Source: Chrysomallon squamiferum
Taxonomy: Eukaryota; Animalia; Mollusca
DNA length: 64,000 nucleotides
Assembly: GCA_012295275.1 (NCBI GenBank)
Contig: CM022678.1
Coordinates: 13,330,001 to 13,394,000, forward strand
Reading direction: 5' to 3'
The number at the start of each line of letters is the position of its first letter. Positions within the stretch are counted from its first letter, which is position 1. The notes under the pieces are model-generated. The model was not told the origin of the DNA. It made no database searches and saw nothing but the letters and a program-made list of their open reading frames with translations. The position numbers and the translations under genes are program-made. Shown piece after piece: positions 25,448 to 38,875 of the stretch.

Positions 25448-26394
25448 GTTGATGGTGATTTTCACACAACAGATAACGGACGTTTCCTCCTTCAAATATA
25501 TATTTTGTTCAATCCTCAATATCTGTTAATGAGATATACGTCAGAAATAAAACGTGTCAGTAGATATAAAGACATCTATCTCCACTCTACCACCATAACA
25601 AGTTCGTTACCTGGGTGAATCACGTGACCAAACTTTCTGTTCAGTGTCGGAAAAAGACCAGCCAGGTGCGATCGACATCAGAAATCTTTGAACATTTCCA
25701 AAGGCACCGACGAAATGTCACGAATCCCAACAAAGCACATGATTATAGTTTATTGTATTTTATAAATGAGGCTATTCTAATATTATTAATTTCACTTCTT
25801 ACTCGGTCGTTTTACATTGTATAATATAATACTGTAAATACAGGTTTACGAAAAGCTATGAAGAAAATTAATATTACTCTGTAACACTGTGTGTATATGT
25901 ACGTCTACATAATGTATAATACATCGGATATTTCCCAAAATAAAATATTTATAATGTAGGCAATTAGTGTATAAATAAAGCAGGATAATTTTCATCAATA
26001 TTTTTCCAATCACTTTAAAGTAAATCTGAGCCCTCGTAACCTAAGCTTTTTCGAACAGAAAGGGGAAATAACTCGTTCAAACCTATTAGTCTCCATTACT
26101 GCTTTCCCATCTGGTTGGGCCCTCTATAGTTTGAGCGAAACAAAAGCGACAACAGCGTTAGCCATGTATGTCTTTACCTTTCAAATCATTCTGGGAAATA
26201 AAATGCCAGTTAGCAGATGAAACTGTAGAACAATTATTTTTCTGAAATTAGTCGGAGTTTTGTTCTGTATGAATAAGATTAATGAATGTCTAAGACTGAG
26301 CAAAGTGAAATGAACTGATTATGTTTGTCCAGGATAGACGAAATAGTTAATTTCAGTGTATGTTTACATAAATGGATATTTTTCGAGCGCGCGC

Positions 26395-26451
<57 letters not shown>

Positions 26452-26779
26452 GTTTCTACGTCTCTGATTTTATAATTTTTAAAATCTGGTTTGAAGAACA
26501 CAAATGTGTCTCTTTTTCTTCTCATTCTCTTTGACCTTTCTTTCGCACTCTCCTCAGTGTTATTAACAAGCCAAAAGTATAGAGAAACAAGTAAATCACA
26601 ATTTTAATGAATCAGTGATATTTTCACTGATTTCTGAATCAACTTTGTACACACTGATATTTTTTATTATAATTATTATTATTCATTCATTTATATATAT
26701 ACACATACAGACACAGACATTATTATTATTATTATTATTATTATTTAAATTTATTATTATTATTATTATTTAAATTTAA

Positions 26780-26828
<49 letters not shown>

Positions 26829-26919
26829 TTAATTTCATGTTCATGAATGGTAATGATAATAACAGTGATAATGGAACTGTTGTGGCGTAGTAAAGGTTGT
26901 AGCTTTGGTGACGTCGGTG

Positions 26920-27553
26920 TTAATATCCGTCCGGTATTCCATGTTTACCATAGTCACTGTTGGCGGAAATAAAACCTTTCTTCCTCTGTAAAATCCCCTG
27001 CACGTTGCACGATGCACCAGTTTTTAGATCAATTACGTGTCCTTTTTTTTGTAAACCTTCTATGATATCCTGTGAGAAATTTAAAATAAAAATAGTTAAA
27101 CATATCAGCCTGAATAAATATATTTTAATTATTTTAAATAAAATATATGTAAATAAACTAGCATAATCGTGAATGACTAAGAAGTAATAATTTGAACTTT
27201 TCAAAACTGCTAACGTAGCAAATTGCGGTTCATGTAGCTTTTTTGTAATAACTACAGCAAAAAACAGCAAAAGTAGCAGCAGCAACAACAAACATACATT
27301 AAAAGTCTCCACAGCTAGATATCTATATAAAAAATAATCCATTATTTTATAAGGGAAAGAAGTTTAATAATGAGAAAATTAAGGCAAAATAAATAATTTA
27401 CCTCTGGGAAACCTTGCTGTACACGTAATGATGTGGGATAAAGTTGGTGGTGAATTCTGGGATAGTCAATAGCCTTTTTGATCCCTTTGTTAAACCATAG
27501 TGTACTCATTGTCACCTAAACATAATTAAAATAAATACGAAATATGGTGAAGG

Positions 27554-27641
<88 letters not shown>

Positions 27642-30600
27642 ACGAAGGTCAACGAAAACAAGACAAGACCGTTGACCTCAGAAGTCGTATTATTAACAAT
27701 GATTAATTTCAAAAATATAATACATAAACGTATTTGTTTTCTCCACAAGAGTATTCTTTAAATATGTCTAAAACTGTTACCAGTGCAGTTGATGTTGTTA
27801 TTCGGGTTCCGCCGGAGGCACCGACCACAAGAACCACGTGACCGTCTTGGTCTACTACGATAGACGGACACATGGACGATAGAGGTCGTTTGCCAGGTTT
27901 TATGAAATTCGACGGAGACGCGGGAACGCCGAAGGAGTTTGTCGTATTGGGCGTTGAGAAGTCATCCATGTCGTCATTATAAACTATTCCTGTTTCGTTA
28001 CCTACTATCTTAGATCCAAAGCTGCAAAACACATAATAAATTAATGTTTGTGTTTGCGTCTGACCTGCGTGTGTGTTTATGAATGAAAACTATAGTAAGT
28101 AAATAAAACAAAAGAGATAGCCTTTTCTTATTTTAAAATTTTCGGAATATTTTGTCTTTGCTACACACAGTCTTTTATTATTCTTTCATATACATATGGA
28201 TTGTATGTATGTGTGTGTGTGTCTGGGTATGTATGTATGTATGTATGTATGTATGCGATTATTCGTTAATGTAGGTGCATATGATGGGATCAGATACATG
28301 TGTATCTAATTGTGAATGAAGTTAGGTTTGGGTGTAAAACATTTACAAATATGTTATGTAAAATATGAAGTTGTTCGTGTGTTTTTGATTTTATTGATAA
28401 TAGAGAGAGTTCTTACAACAGATTTATGGTTGATGTTACAGCAACAGCGTCGCCGTTGGGCGCCAACAACGACATGTGGATGGTCCCAGCATCATCAGGA
28501 GTGTATAGTGTTGGTCCGTAATATGATGGTCCGTGTGTTCTGTCATCTGTAATCTGAGATCTGATATAGTCTCCAAAACCTTTCGACGTCATGTTCTTTA
28601 CAATCTAATAATAATAATATTAAAATCAACAACAACAACAACAACAGTAATAATAATGATAATAATAACAATAATAATAATAATAATAATAATGTTCAGA
28701 CTGAATGAATAAGACTGATAATTATAATACAGCGTAATAAAAATAATTGTTAGTACTCACAGAGTCCAGTTTATTTCTAAAATCTTGACTCTCTCCGTCG
28801 CCATCTCCTAGCGCCGTTCTTTTGGCATACGCAAATTTAAAAGCCTCTGCAATTCGGTGATAGGTCAGTACCGATTTTTCCATGGTCATAAGATCATAGG
28901 GCGTGAAATTGTAACCTAAACATTTTATAATAAGATCTTTAGAATTGTTTTTAAATATGAGATTTAAAAAAAATATATAAATAAATAAAAATTAAAGTGC
29001 TTCAAAATAACTATTATAACAGGATATAGAGGAATTCAGGTCAACAAAACCATTTAAGAAATTGTCTGTTAAAATAATGTAACAAATGTTTCGTTGTTTT
29101 GCAAATATTAATTCATTAAGGGGACTTTCCCACTATAAGACACATTACATAATGTTTTAATCGTGTTTGCCCAAACAGTTCAGCATATTCTTATAAGGTA
29201 TTATTATAAGAAATAGCTTTCATTTGTTTGAACAGCTCTTCAGCCAGACTGAAGAGAACAGCTATTCTCTTTTATGTGCATGTCATCTGGACAGTGCGAT
29301 AAGTTGGAACAGGATAAATCAGAGAAATACAAACAAAGTACCTCCCAGAATGTTCAGAATATAATGGAGGACGACTCCACTCGACGGTGGAGGGGGGGAA
29401 TAAATCTTCATGTTGTTGTTTAGTGTTGTTACGACCGGATCCTTCACAGGGGCATCGTAATTCCTCATGTCTTTGTCTGTGATTATTCCACCTGAAAATG
29501 TAAATTATTAAATAATAATAATAATAACAAACCTTTATTTAGGAATTCAAAGGAAACTGTTATTATTGTTAATATTGTTGCTGTTGTTGTTGTTGTTGTT
29601 GATTTTCTTTTTATTACAGTTGTCATTAAATAAATAAATAAATAAATAGAAAAAAATATATGTATACAAAGTGTTGTTCATATACTGGGTAAAGAGATTT
29701 TTTACATTATTAATGAACAATTTACTGGTGTTTATTCAAACAATAAGTCTTCTTTTATGTATAATATCTGTCTTAATCACTATTTTATAGTAGGTAAGTG
29801 AATATATGATATCAGCAAAACTGAAACTGATATATGATTTGATTTCAGTAACTTCTGAAAACGATAAACAAATCCTTGGTTTGGCATATTAAATAAAATT
29901 TCGCTCCACCGAAGTACACAATTTCAGAATTTCATGAAAGTTCAAACATTATTTATTTAAACGTTTTAACACAGAGAATGCAGATTTCAAGTCTGTAATG
30001 TTTTATGTCGTTTTATGATTGGACAAAAAGGAACAAAAACATCATCTAAAACATTTCCGTATCTGTCCATTTCAGCGGTTACCTCGCTATTATTGAATAT
30101 TATTAGACTTACAGGTTTTAACTACACTTTTATTTAAATCAAAATAATTGTTTGTTTCGTATGTATGCAAACATATACGTTTTCTTTGTTTTGTACAGAT
30201 GTTTTTATTTAAGTATTTATGTGTTTTTAGATTAGTTTTTATGAGTGTGTTTGTCATACGAACAATGACTATAAATATCTTATCTATTTACTTACCTGCT
30301 TCATTTATTTCTCTAACAATTGACTGCATCATACTTCCATTATAAAACGTCATTGCACCTTCTTTCGCGATTTTCCGCAGTGTCTCGGCATATTTCGGTC
30401 GCTTCATTTTCTCTCCGATGTTGTAATAATTATTTGTGTCTGGATTGGTGAGAAGGTTTCTAACAAATAAATGATATTATGAGTATGTGTGTATTTATTA
30501 CAATATATGACTAACTTTATGTATTTAAATGACAGTTTACTATATAAAATACACATACACCACAAAGACACCGTACTTCCGTTGTCACAGATTTATTCAG

Positions 30601-33102
30601 AAACTTAAGAAAGACACACACACAGATTTAATTTTCGACATAATACTGCTCTTGAAGACATCATGAATATGCATAAACACGCATCTATATCCCGACTTGT
30701 ATGCGAAAACAAACATAATTAGACCAACACAACATCTAAATAAAACATTTATGTAACTGACAATGGCTTTATTAAAACTAATATCGGAAATATCTTTAGT
30801 TATATGAACATCATTATAACAGTTTTGTACAATTACTTGAAACTGTTTGTAATTGGAGTCTACACTTTCCAAATAATAAAATTTATTGAACATTCATGGA
30901 TATTGTTATTTTATCTCCTTTTAATCATATATCGGTGGTTATTTTATTTATTTATTTATTCATTTATTTATTTATTTAATTTATTGAACGTAATGAATAT
31001 CATAGAAAGAAACAGAAACGATATTCGCCATGAAATATTATATATTTTAGTTTCAGCAAAGCTAACAGTATTTAAAAGAAAAAGAAACATGATATGCAGT
31101 TTACACAGGTGTCTATTTCAGACCTTAGATTTGGGTGTCTTTCTAAAAACCCTTTATTTCTTGTGGATACGAGGGCGGAATGAACGGGTGGGGTTACTGG
31201 GATACCCTCCTCGCATAATTTGATCGTGGGCTCAAATAGGTCTGCCCAAGGGAGTCTGCCTCCGATTTTATAAGCTTCCCAAAAGCCCATTAGTTCACCA
31301 GGTACAGCGATAGACAGTCCTCCTGCAGAGAAATAGTAAGTTTGTCTGGTTTTAAAATAACACCAGAGTAAACTAGTTAGTCGATGTATTAATGGCTCAT
31401 TTAATATACATTTTTATTTTATTTATTTAAATGACCCTATAACATATTAACAACAAGTTATTACAATGGTATGAAACATATCATAAACTTACCCAGACAG
31501 CCTGATTAAAAATTAAAATAATGATTATTACAACAAATATGTCCTAAACTATTTCTTTTAGAAATGTAACTGCTTTTATCTACCTTAAACTATATGCATT
31601 TTCTCACAATGGCATTTAATATATTCTGCCTGGTAAAATAAATACATAATAAACAAACGAAGCGAGTAACACTTTTCGAATTACACATCATAATAACTTA
31701 GAAATCCACACACACACAAACACACAAAACACACACACACACACACAAACTTACGTACACACTGATACAAATCATAATATGTGCGTGAAAAACATGCCTT
31801 CGACGCCGTTGTTATATCCTTTGACTCCAACAAACATGTTTTCTGTGGCTGCAGACGGCGCTCTGCTGCGACCTATGACTGTGTGAACCTTGCTGGAATT
31901 CCTGTAAAGATAAATTGTTCAGCAGTGATTTTATTGTACTTACTTTATTAAAGATAGTTAATAGAGTAATTACAGTTATATTTACCTCAGGTATATCGTC
32001 ATGAAGTGTCCACCTCCTAAGCCCGTGCTCATCACGTTGGCCGCACCCACACATAGCAGTGTGGCAATAGCAGCATCCACTGCAGACCCACCCTTTCTTC
32101 CCATGATGTCACTGTCCGAAACAATAATAACAATAACAAAAACAACAATAATAATAATAATCAGAAGAAGAAGAACAACAACAACAAGAAAAAGAATAAT
32201 AACAACAACAACAATAATAAGTAGTAGATAATGGCAGTAGAAATAGCTGCAGTAGTCCTAGCAGTAATGAATAATACCACCAACAACAACCACAATAATG
32301 ATGACATTAGTGATGATGATGAACAGTAATAATATAAACTCGGTAAACTGCCATAAACTTTATTGTATGATAAATTATTTTAATTCACAAAATGATTTCC
32401 ATTATTTAATAAACGTACGCACGTCCCTACGGTAGAACAGATTTGGGTGTCTGACGCCACAGCTGCATATCGATAATGGCCTTCGATAGAATACGAGGCA
32501 GTTGGTCCGGGTACCCGGGTAGACCTGGTCTGAGGCGTGGTATGTATTAGCACCTCCCCCATCTGAGAAGCTTGACTATTTGCATCATTACGTACTTCCG
32601 CTGCCTTGAAACCGAGGACGATTCCAAAAATAAGAGCGGCTACTCCGACCAAAAACATGATGATTGCCAGAATTACAACCAGTCTGTTCCGCTCGATTCT
32701 GAAATAACAATAATAATAAATTAAAATTGAAAAAAAAAAAAAAAAAAAAAAAAAACAGTAGAAGCGAAAGAAAATATAATATTAATTAATTAATTAAAAT
32801 GGAAAAAAAAGAGAAGAAGAAAACAAAACAAGAAGAAGACACAGTTTAATGTGTGTTCTTCTTCTTCTTTTTTTTTTTTTTAAATTTAAATAAACAATGT
32901 TTAATTAATGAATGCATTTTTACTGGCTGAAGAGGTCATTGAAGATAAACCTGGAGCTTAAAATTGGTTTTCTCTCCTGCCTCTCTTCCTCCGGTTGTCT
33001 CTTTCAGTGTATTTCAGTTTGATCGCTTTGGCTCTTGGTATGACTATTAATTTGGTTTTTGTGAGAGTGGCGAAATATTCTTTGATTAAATAAATTAATA
33101 AA

Positions 33103-33144
<42 letters not shown>

Positions 33145-33290
33145 ATTAATAAAAATATACACAAACCAACAAAAAACAAAACAAACAAATAAATAACAAT
33201 AACTATTTTGATTCAAATAAAAGAGAAATTTAAAACTTACGTTGATTTCTGTTCGGTTTTCTCTTGTTCAAAAATGTCTGCTTGTCCCAT
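26920..33290 (-). CDS. GGT: Gamma-glutamyltranspeptidase / glutathione hydrolase (GGT1-like), 12 coding exons
   Basis: Exons 33290-33241, 32698-32423, 32111-31986, 31901-31798, 31322-31124, 30459-30296, 29491-29342, 28915-28761, 28604-28417, 28021-27781, 27515-27402, 27069-26920. N-terminal TM anchor, [25 protein letters not shown], catalytic Thr in [48 protein letters not shown], terminal PDGY*. Start codon less certain. Confidence 0.95.
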
Positions 33291-33809
33291 CCCCGTGTAA
33301 AGATTGTCGACGTTTGTGGTGGGGTCATCACTTTGATAAAATGTGTCAGTGAAGAACGGAGCAACATAACTATTTATTCATATTATGCAGACAGCGTACT
33401 CTTCGTGTAGTAGGTCAAACTCTTGTCACCATAACCACAGCATTTTTGATATATGTATGAGATTACAAATAAAGTCAACATATTAACTGACATATGAAAA
33501 TGTTCGGACAGACATCCTGTTCTTTCTTTTTTCTTTCTTTCTTTTTTTTTTCTTCTTCTTATTATTGTTGTTGTGATTATTATATTATTATTATTATTAG
33601 TTGTAGTAGCAGTAGATAACTACTACTGCTACTACTACTACTGTTATTATTATCACTGCTATTATTCCATTATTACTACTGCTAATACAATACCACTATA
33701 AAAACAGCAACTCTATAATTATCAAAACAACAACCTAAAGCTCCAGCATGCTAAAGTCACACGCCTGATAACCAAGACTAAATCCAAACGAAAAAGGTGC
33801 AGCGACAAA

Positions 33810-34050
33810 ATCTGCTTTTGTAACAGTGGAGAAATATTCTGGAAAATAACCTGGAAAAGGACAACACCAAATTATTGAATCTTAAAAAACAACTAAATCA
33901 GGAAGAATCCCATAGCAGAAGATCACTCTAATGGAGAATTGCACATCTTTTAACGAAGACCTATGTCCACTGAATGACATTATTATCACAACTCAGACTA
34001 AAGAAACAGAATGGAACAAAAACAAACGGTAAATAGAGCTACGCCGCAAG
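33810..34050 (+). mobile_element. Possible highly decayed 3' fragment of an RTE-type LINE
   Basis: GAGAAATATTCTGGAAAATAACCTGGAAA resembles the R.ILKI(S/T)W motif of RTE/L2 ORF2 C-termini; no open frame. Confidence 0.3.
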
Positions 34051-34067
34051 CTTTCATATATACACAT

Positions 34068-34134
<67 letters not shown>

Positions 34135-35267
34135 ATACATTATTGCTTTTTATTTTGTTTATTTGTTGTCTTCGGTGAGTTTATCTGAATTTCATAATCG
34201 AAAAAAAAAAGTTCTTGTAAAGCAAATAGGAATATATTTGTCAAGGATATTGTTGTTGTTGCTGTAGTTGTTCTGTAGTTGTTATTGTTGTTGTTGTTGT
34301 TGCTGTTGTATCGGGCATCACCTAATAATAGAATATTACATTCTGATTTTACATACGGTAAATTATTATTTTACGAATTTTCAGTGCTATTTCGTAAACC
34401 ACAAACTTACTGAAAACATATTCGTTTAAATAAGTTCATTAATTATGAATGCTGAATACTGGCTGTAGGTATAAACATGTAAGATAGTTTTATTACTGGT
34501 AAGAATTTGCCGTTTGTTTTTTATTGTTTCTTTTTCTTCTCCGAACAATGCATTCCACTGGCAAACGGTGCCACATTCGAAATATTCATTTCAGCAGCAT
34601 GTTCCAGCATCGACTCAGAAATTTGAAGTTGCTTCCCTTGTTATGTCATTTTAAGTAACAACAGTAAAATTAATTATGAGCTTAGTTTTTCGGAGTTTCA
34701 ACGATAAATTAAACAGGGTATACTGACTGGAGTTAAAATGAGAATTTGGCGACTTTTACTTATTTTTCATGAATGTGGATGAATTTAATTGCTGTCTTCG
34801 TTAATAAAACTTATTTATCTTGCAGTATGTTTATATTAAATTTATTTTATTTTATGATTTATTATTATTATTATTGTTGTTGTTGTTGTTGTATTAATGA
34901 CATTTTAAAGATATATATTTTTGGTGTAAGCTATATAATTTACATTTATAATATATCTATAATATTTTATTATCATTACAATTGTTCTTGTTGTTCTGAT
35001 TGTTATTATTACGTTCGTTGTTATTATTAGTATTACTCCCATCATAACCATCTGAGATAAAGCGGTTTTCATTCTGCTTCGAATATTAATTTTATTTATT
35101 GATTTTTTTTCTGATTTTTTTTCGATACTTTATGTAACTAATCATCATCAAGATAATAATAATAATAATACGGTAGTTTTATTTTTAGTCTTTAAAAGCA
35201 ACAATTTTGTGCCGATTAGCCAATATTTATGTATAATTAGATTAACGTTTCCAAACTGAATATCCAG

Positions 35268-35334
<67 letters not shown>

Positions 35335-35593
35335 TTAACTTGCAGAAATTTATAGTGTTGTTTTCTCTTTATTATATTTTCTAAATTTTTTTTATTAACT
35401 TCTATTTTTATTATTATTTTTTAGATGATGCGTTTTCGCGGCACAAACAGCTGGAATCATTCAGCCATAGAGAAAAATTTTCCACCTGAATATTTGACCC
35501 ACTTTTAGTACAGCTGTGTGCATGGCGCGTTATCTGGTCTCGCGGTCGCTCGTTATCATATGGAAACAAAAAACACTCTGGCGGTTTTAATCC

Positions 35594-36730
35594 ATGTCTC
35601 ACTCGAACAAAATCCCTGACAAGGGGTTAAATCTTTCATGTCGGAGATTCAAAACTGAAATCGCTACTCTGGATTCGTTTGTTTCGGCAAAAGAACTTCT
35701 AAATCGCCATGAGTTGAAAATCGGCGATATTGTCGAAATCGACCGGATTATATATTCGCACTGGGCTCTATATGTAGGCGAGGACGAAGTTGTGCATGTA
35801 ACTGGACCTATTTCGGATATTGCCACAACAACAAGCGCACATGTGGCCAGATGTCGTCTGCAGGACGTAGCAGGAGAAAGTCTCGTGCGGGTAAACAACA
35901 AATCAGTGCGTGCTAAAGAACGTGGCGTGTTGGCGTTGTCTGCTGACGCAATAGTGAAAAACGCGCTGCGTTCGGTTGGTAGAACAGTGAACTACAATTT
36001 CCTAACGCGAAACAGCGAACATTATGTGACAGAATGGAGGTACGATTCTTCGTGGAGTGATGAGGTACTTCTACATACATTTATCTGTTTTGCATACGCG
36101 CAAGAGAGACGAGAATAGGCGTGATTCATACATTTAGAATGTTTGTTTACACATAAGAGAATGAAAGTAGAGAGAGAATTACTAGTAGTAATAGTAGAGA
36201 AAATGTTAATTATAGAGAAGTTGCCGTAGTTTATATTTTGCAAATGTTAACACTATTTTTTATTTGTTGTTGTTATTATTATTATTAATTTATTTGATTC
36301 TTTATGGATGCATGTTTTCACTAGACGCTCTCTCTCTATTTATTTCTTTATTTAGTTTAGTTTCTGAAATACTGTAAAATAGTTTTTAAACTAAATTGTA
36401 TTCGTAATTATTGAAAATGTTGTTGAAAATTATTTAATTAAATCAGTGTCGTTATAATAACAACAATAACAAAAACAATGAATAATAATAATAATAATAA
36501 CAATAATTTCAAAACAATGGTAGCGCGTATTTATTTACAAGAACTAAAATCGTTTCTTGTATTTCGCATCTGTCTTTCACATTTTCGTTTTCTACTTGTT
36601 ACAACTAGTACGTGACTCGTATGGAGGTCCAACATTTTGGACAAGCGCATATTCAAACTCCAGTTCTGTTAAATCTGTAACATTAATCCATAAACTCTTT
36701 TTCTTTTATATAACAACAAAATACAACCAC

Positions 36731-36792
<62 letters not shown>

Positions 36793-37126
36793 GTAATAGC
36801 AAACGTTTCTGTTAGATATCGTCATAAAGGTTAATCTGAAGAAAACCTGAGTTAAATGAAATAGTAATTCTTTCCTTTCAACAGTCTAAATAATTTATAG
36901 CTGCTTTTAACTGATTTCGTCGTAACATGCTTAAATCCCAGGCATGACGAATGTTGTGACAAGTAAATAAATCCATAAAAATCAGTGAAGCGTGAAATGC
37001 CTATAGAGAGATGTCTAGTAAAAACAGGTAGCACGACCTTAACGTCTAAAATTACCTGACCTCAAGAACATAATAAACTGTTTTTATGTAAGTGTAGACA
37101 ATACTAAACAACAGTGACATTACACA

Positions 37127-37175
<49 letters not shown>

Positions 37176-37897
37176 GTTTGTTTAAAACTGTATGTTATAT
37201 CCGTCTGATTACAAAATAATTAAGTTTTTCTTTGAACTAATAATTATTTTAAGCAGTAATTATTCAGTCTTTTCCTCTCATTCTTTTTATTATTGTTATA
37301 TATTGCTTAATATGTTTTTATCCATGTATTACTGTTATTATGCTGTGTAAAAGTTTTTGTTAAAAACTATATGTATACATCAGATGACTGTACAATTGAG
37401 TTTTTGTTATATATTTTTTTCACTATTTCATTCATTTTATTACTATATTTTTTAAAATTTGTTATTTATTATTATTGTTATCACAATGTTATATATATAT
37501 ATATAAATGTTACTGATAATTACTGGCGTCGTCTATTCTGGTTGTTGTTGTTATTATTATTATTATTATTATTATTCAGGCAGATACGGCATCTCATGCA
37601 ATGACAGTGTTTTCATCAAGCCCTGTTTTGCAAGATGACCCAGAGGAAGCTCACAGAACTATGCAGGTGGGAATAACAAATATCCTTCATTCACCAACGC
37701 ACAACCATTCTCCGACTTCACCAATTTACTATACTCAGTTACCCAAGAACGAGCATCGTTGTGATGTCACATGCCGCGAAACAAACAGCACACCGGCAAA
37801 GATGTGCCAAAACAGCCATGTGACAGAACCAAGCAGAACATCTAACACGTCATCAGATGAACGTTTATCAAAACCACCAAGTGTCTTCAAAAACTGA
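35594..37897 (+). CDS. LRAT-domain (NlpC/P60 permuted; PLAAT/LRATD-like) protein, 262 aa, two coding exons
   Basis: Exon 35594-36064 (GDIVEI.R..YSHWALYVG..EVVHV...YNFLTRNSEHYVTEWRY) joined in phase 0 (GAG|gt...ag|GCA) to exon 37580-37897, in frame with ORF 37601..37897. Confidence 0.88.
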
Positions 37898-38478
37898 CGT
37901 CATATAATTTTATTGCTTAGTCGGAAATCCTTGACGTCTTGTCAGTCGTGATAGATTTGCATAATGTATTTAAATATGTAGCATAATTATTCTGAAATGA
38001 TTATTTGTTATTATGCCTTTAATCTATTCTGTAAAGCGACAAGCTTATAAAACAGTGTAAAGAAAAAGAAAAAGTAAATAATAAAAACAAAAATAAAACT
38101 ATTAGTTGTCTGCTGTTAATGTTTAGTTTTATTTATTTTATTATTCATTTATTTCCATTTAGTTCTATTCAATTATTTCTATTTAGTTCTATTCAATTCT
38201 ATTCTATTATTATTATTATTATTATTATTCTGTAACCAAATCTAAAGATTTATAAATACCTTTATAAAAGCAAAAAAAAAAAAAAAAAATTTATAGAAAG
38301 AAATACAACAACAACAACAACAACATCAGCAGCAGCAGCAGCAACAACAATAATAATAAAAACATTTGTAAATAGGTGGAATAACTTTTTTATTTTAAAT
38401 TATTTGAATAGCAAAGGAAAATTCAGTCGATTAGTGACTCGAGAATGCTGCTGTTCAAAGGACAAAAATAAACGCACA

Positions 38479-38532
<54 letters not shown>

Positions 38533-38842
38533 CCAAAACAACGGTAAATAAAATAAATTAAAATAAAATAAAATATTCTCTGCTCAAGCATGATATAGCA
38601 CTACTAAAATGACATTCTTAATGCAGTGGTGATACCGTTGTTCTACTTTACGCAGTAAAAATGGGGCTTCTCACTCAACACTTTAAAGATGTGAAGCCAA
38701 GAGATAAAAATACTTAGGTTACGAAAAGTGAAGCATATATTTTTAAAATCAGGTTGTCAACACAATTTTCATTATCCCTAGCTTTTTAATTTTCAAATTC
38801 AAATCTTGTAAAATAGTTGCTAAAAGAATTGATGTATATTTA

Positions 38843-38875
<33 letters not shown>

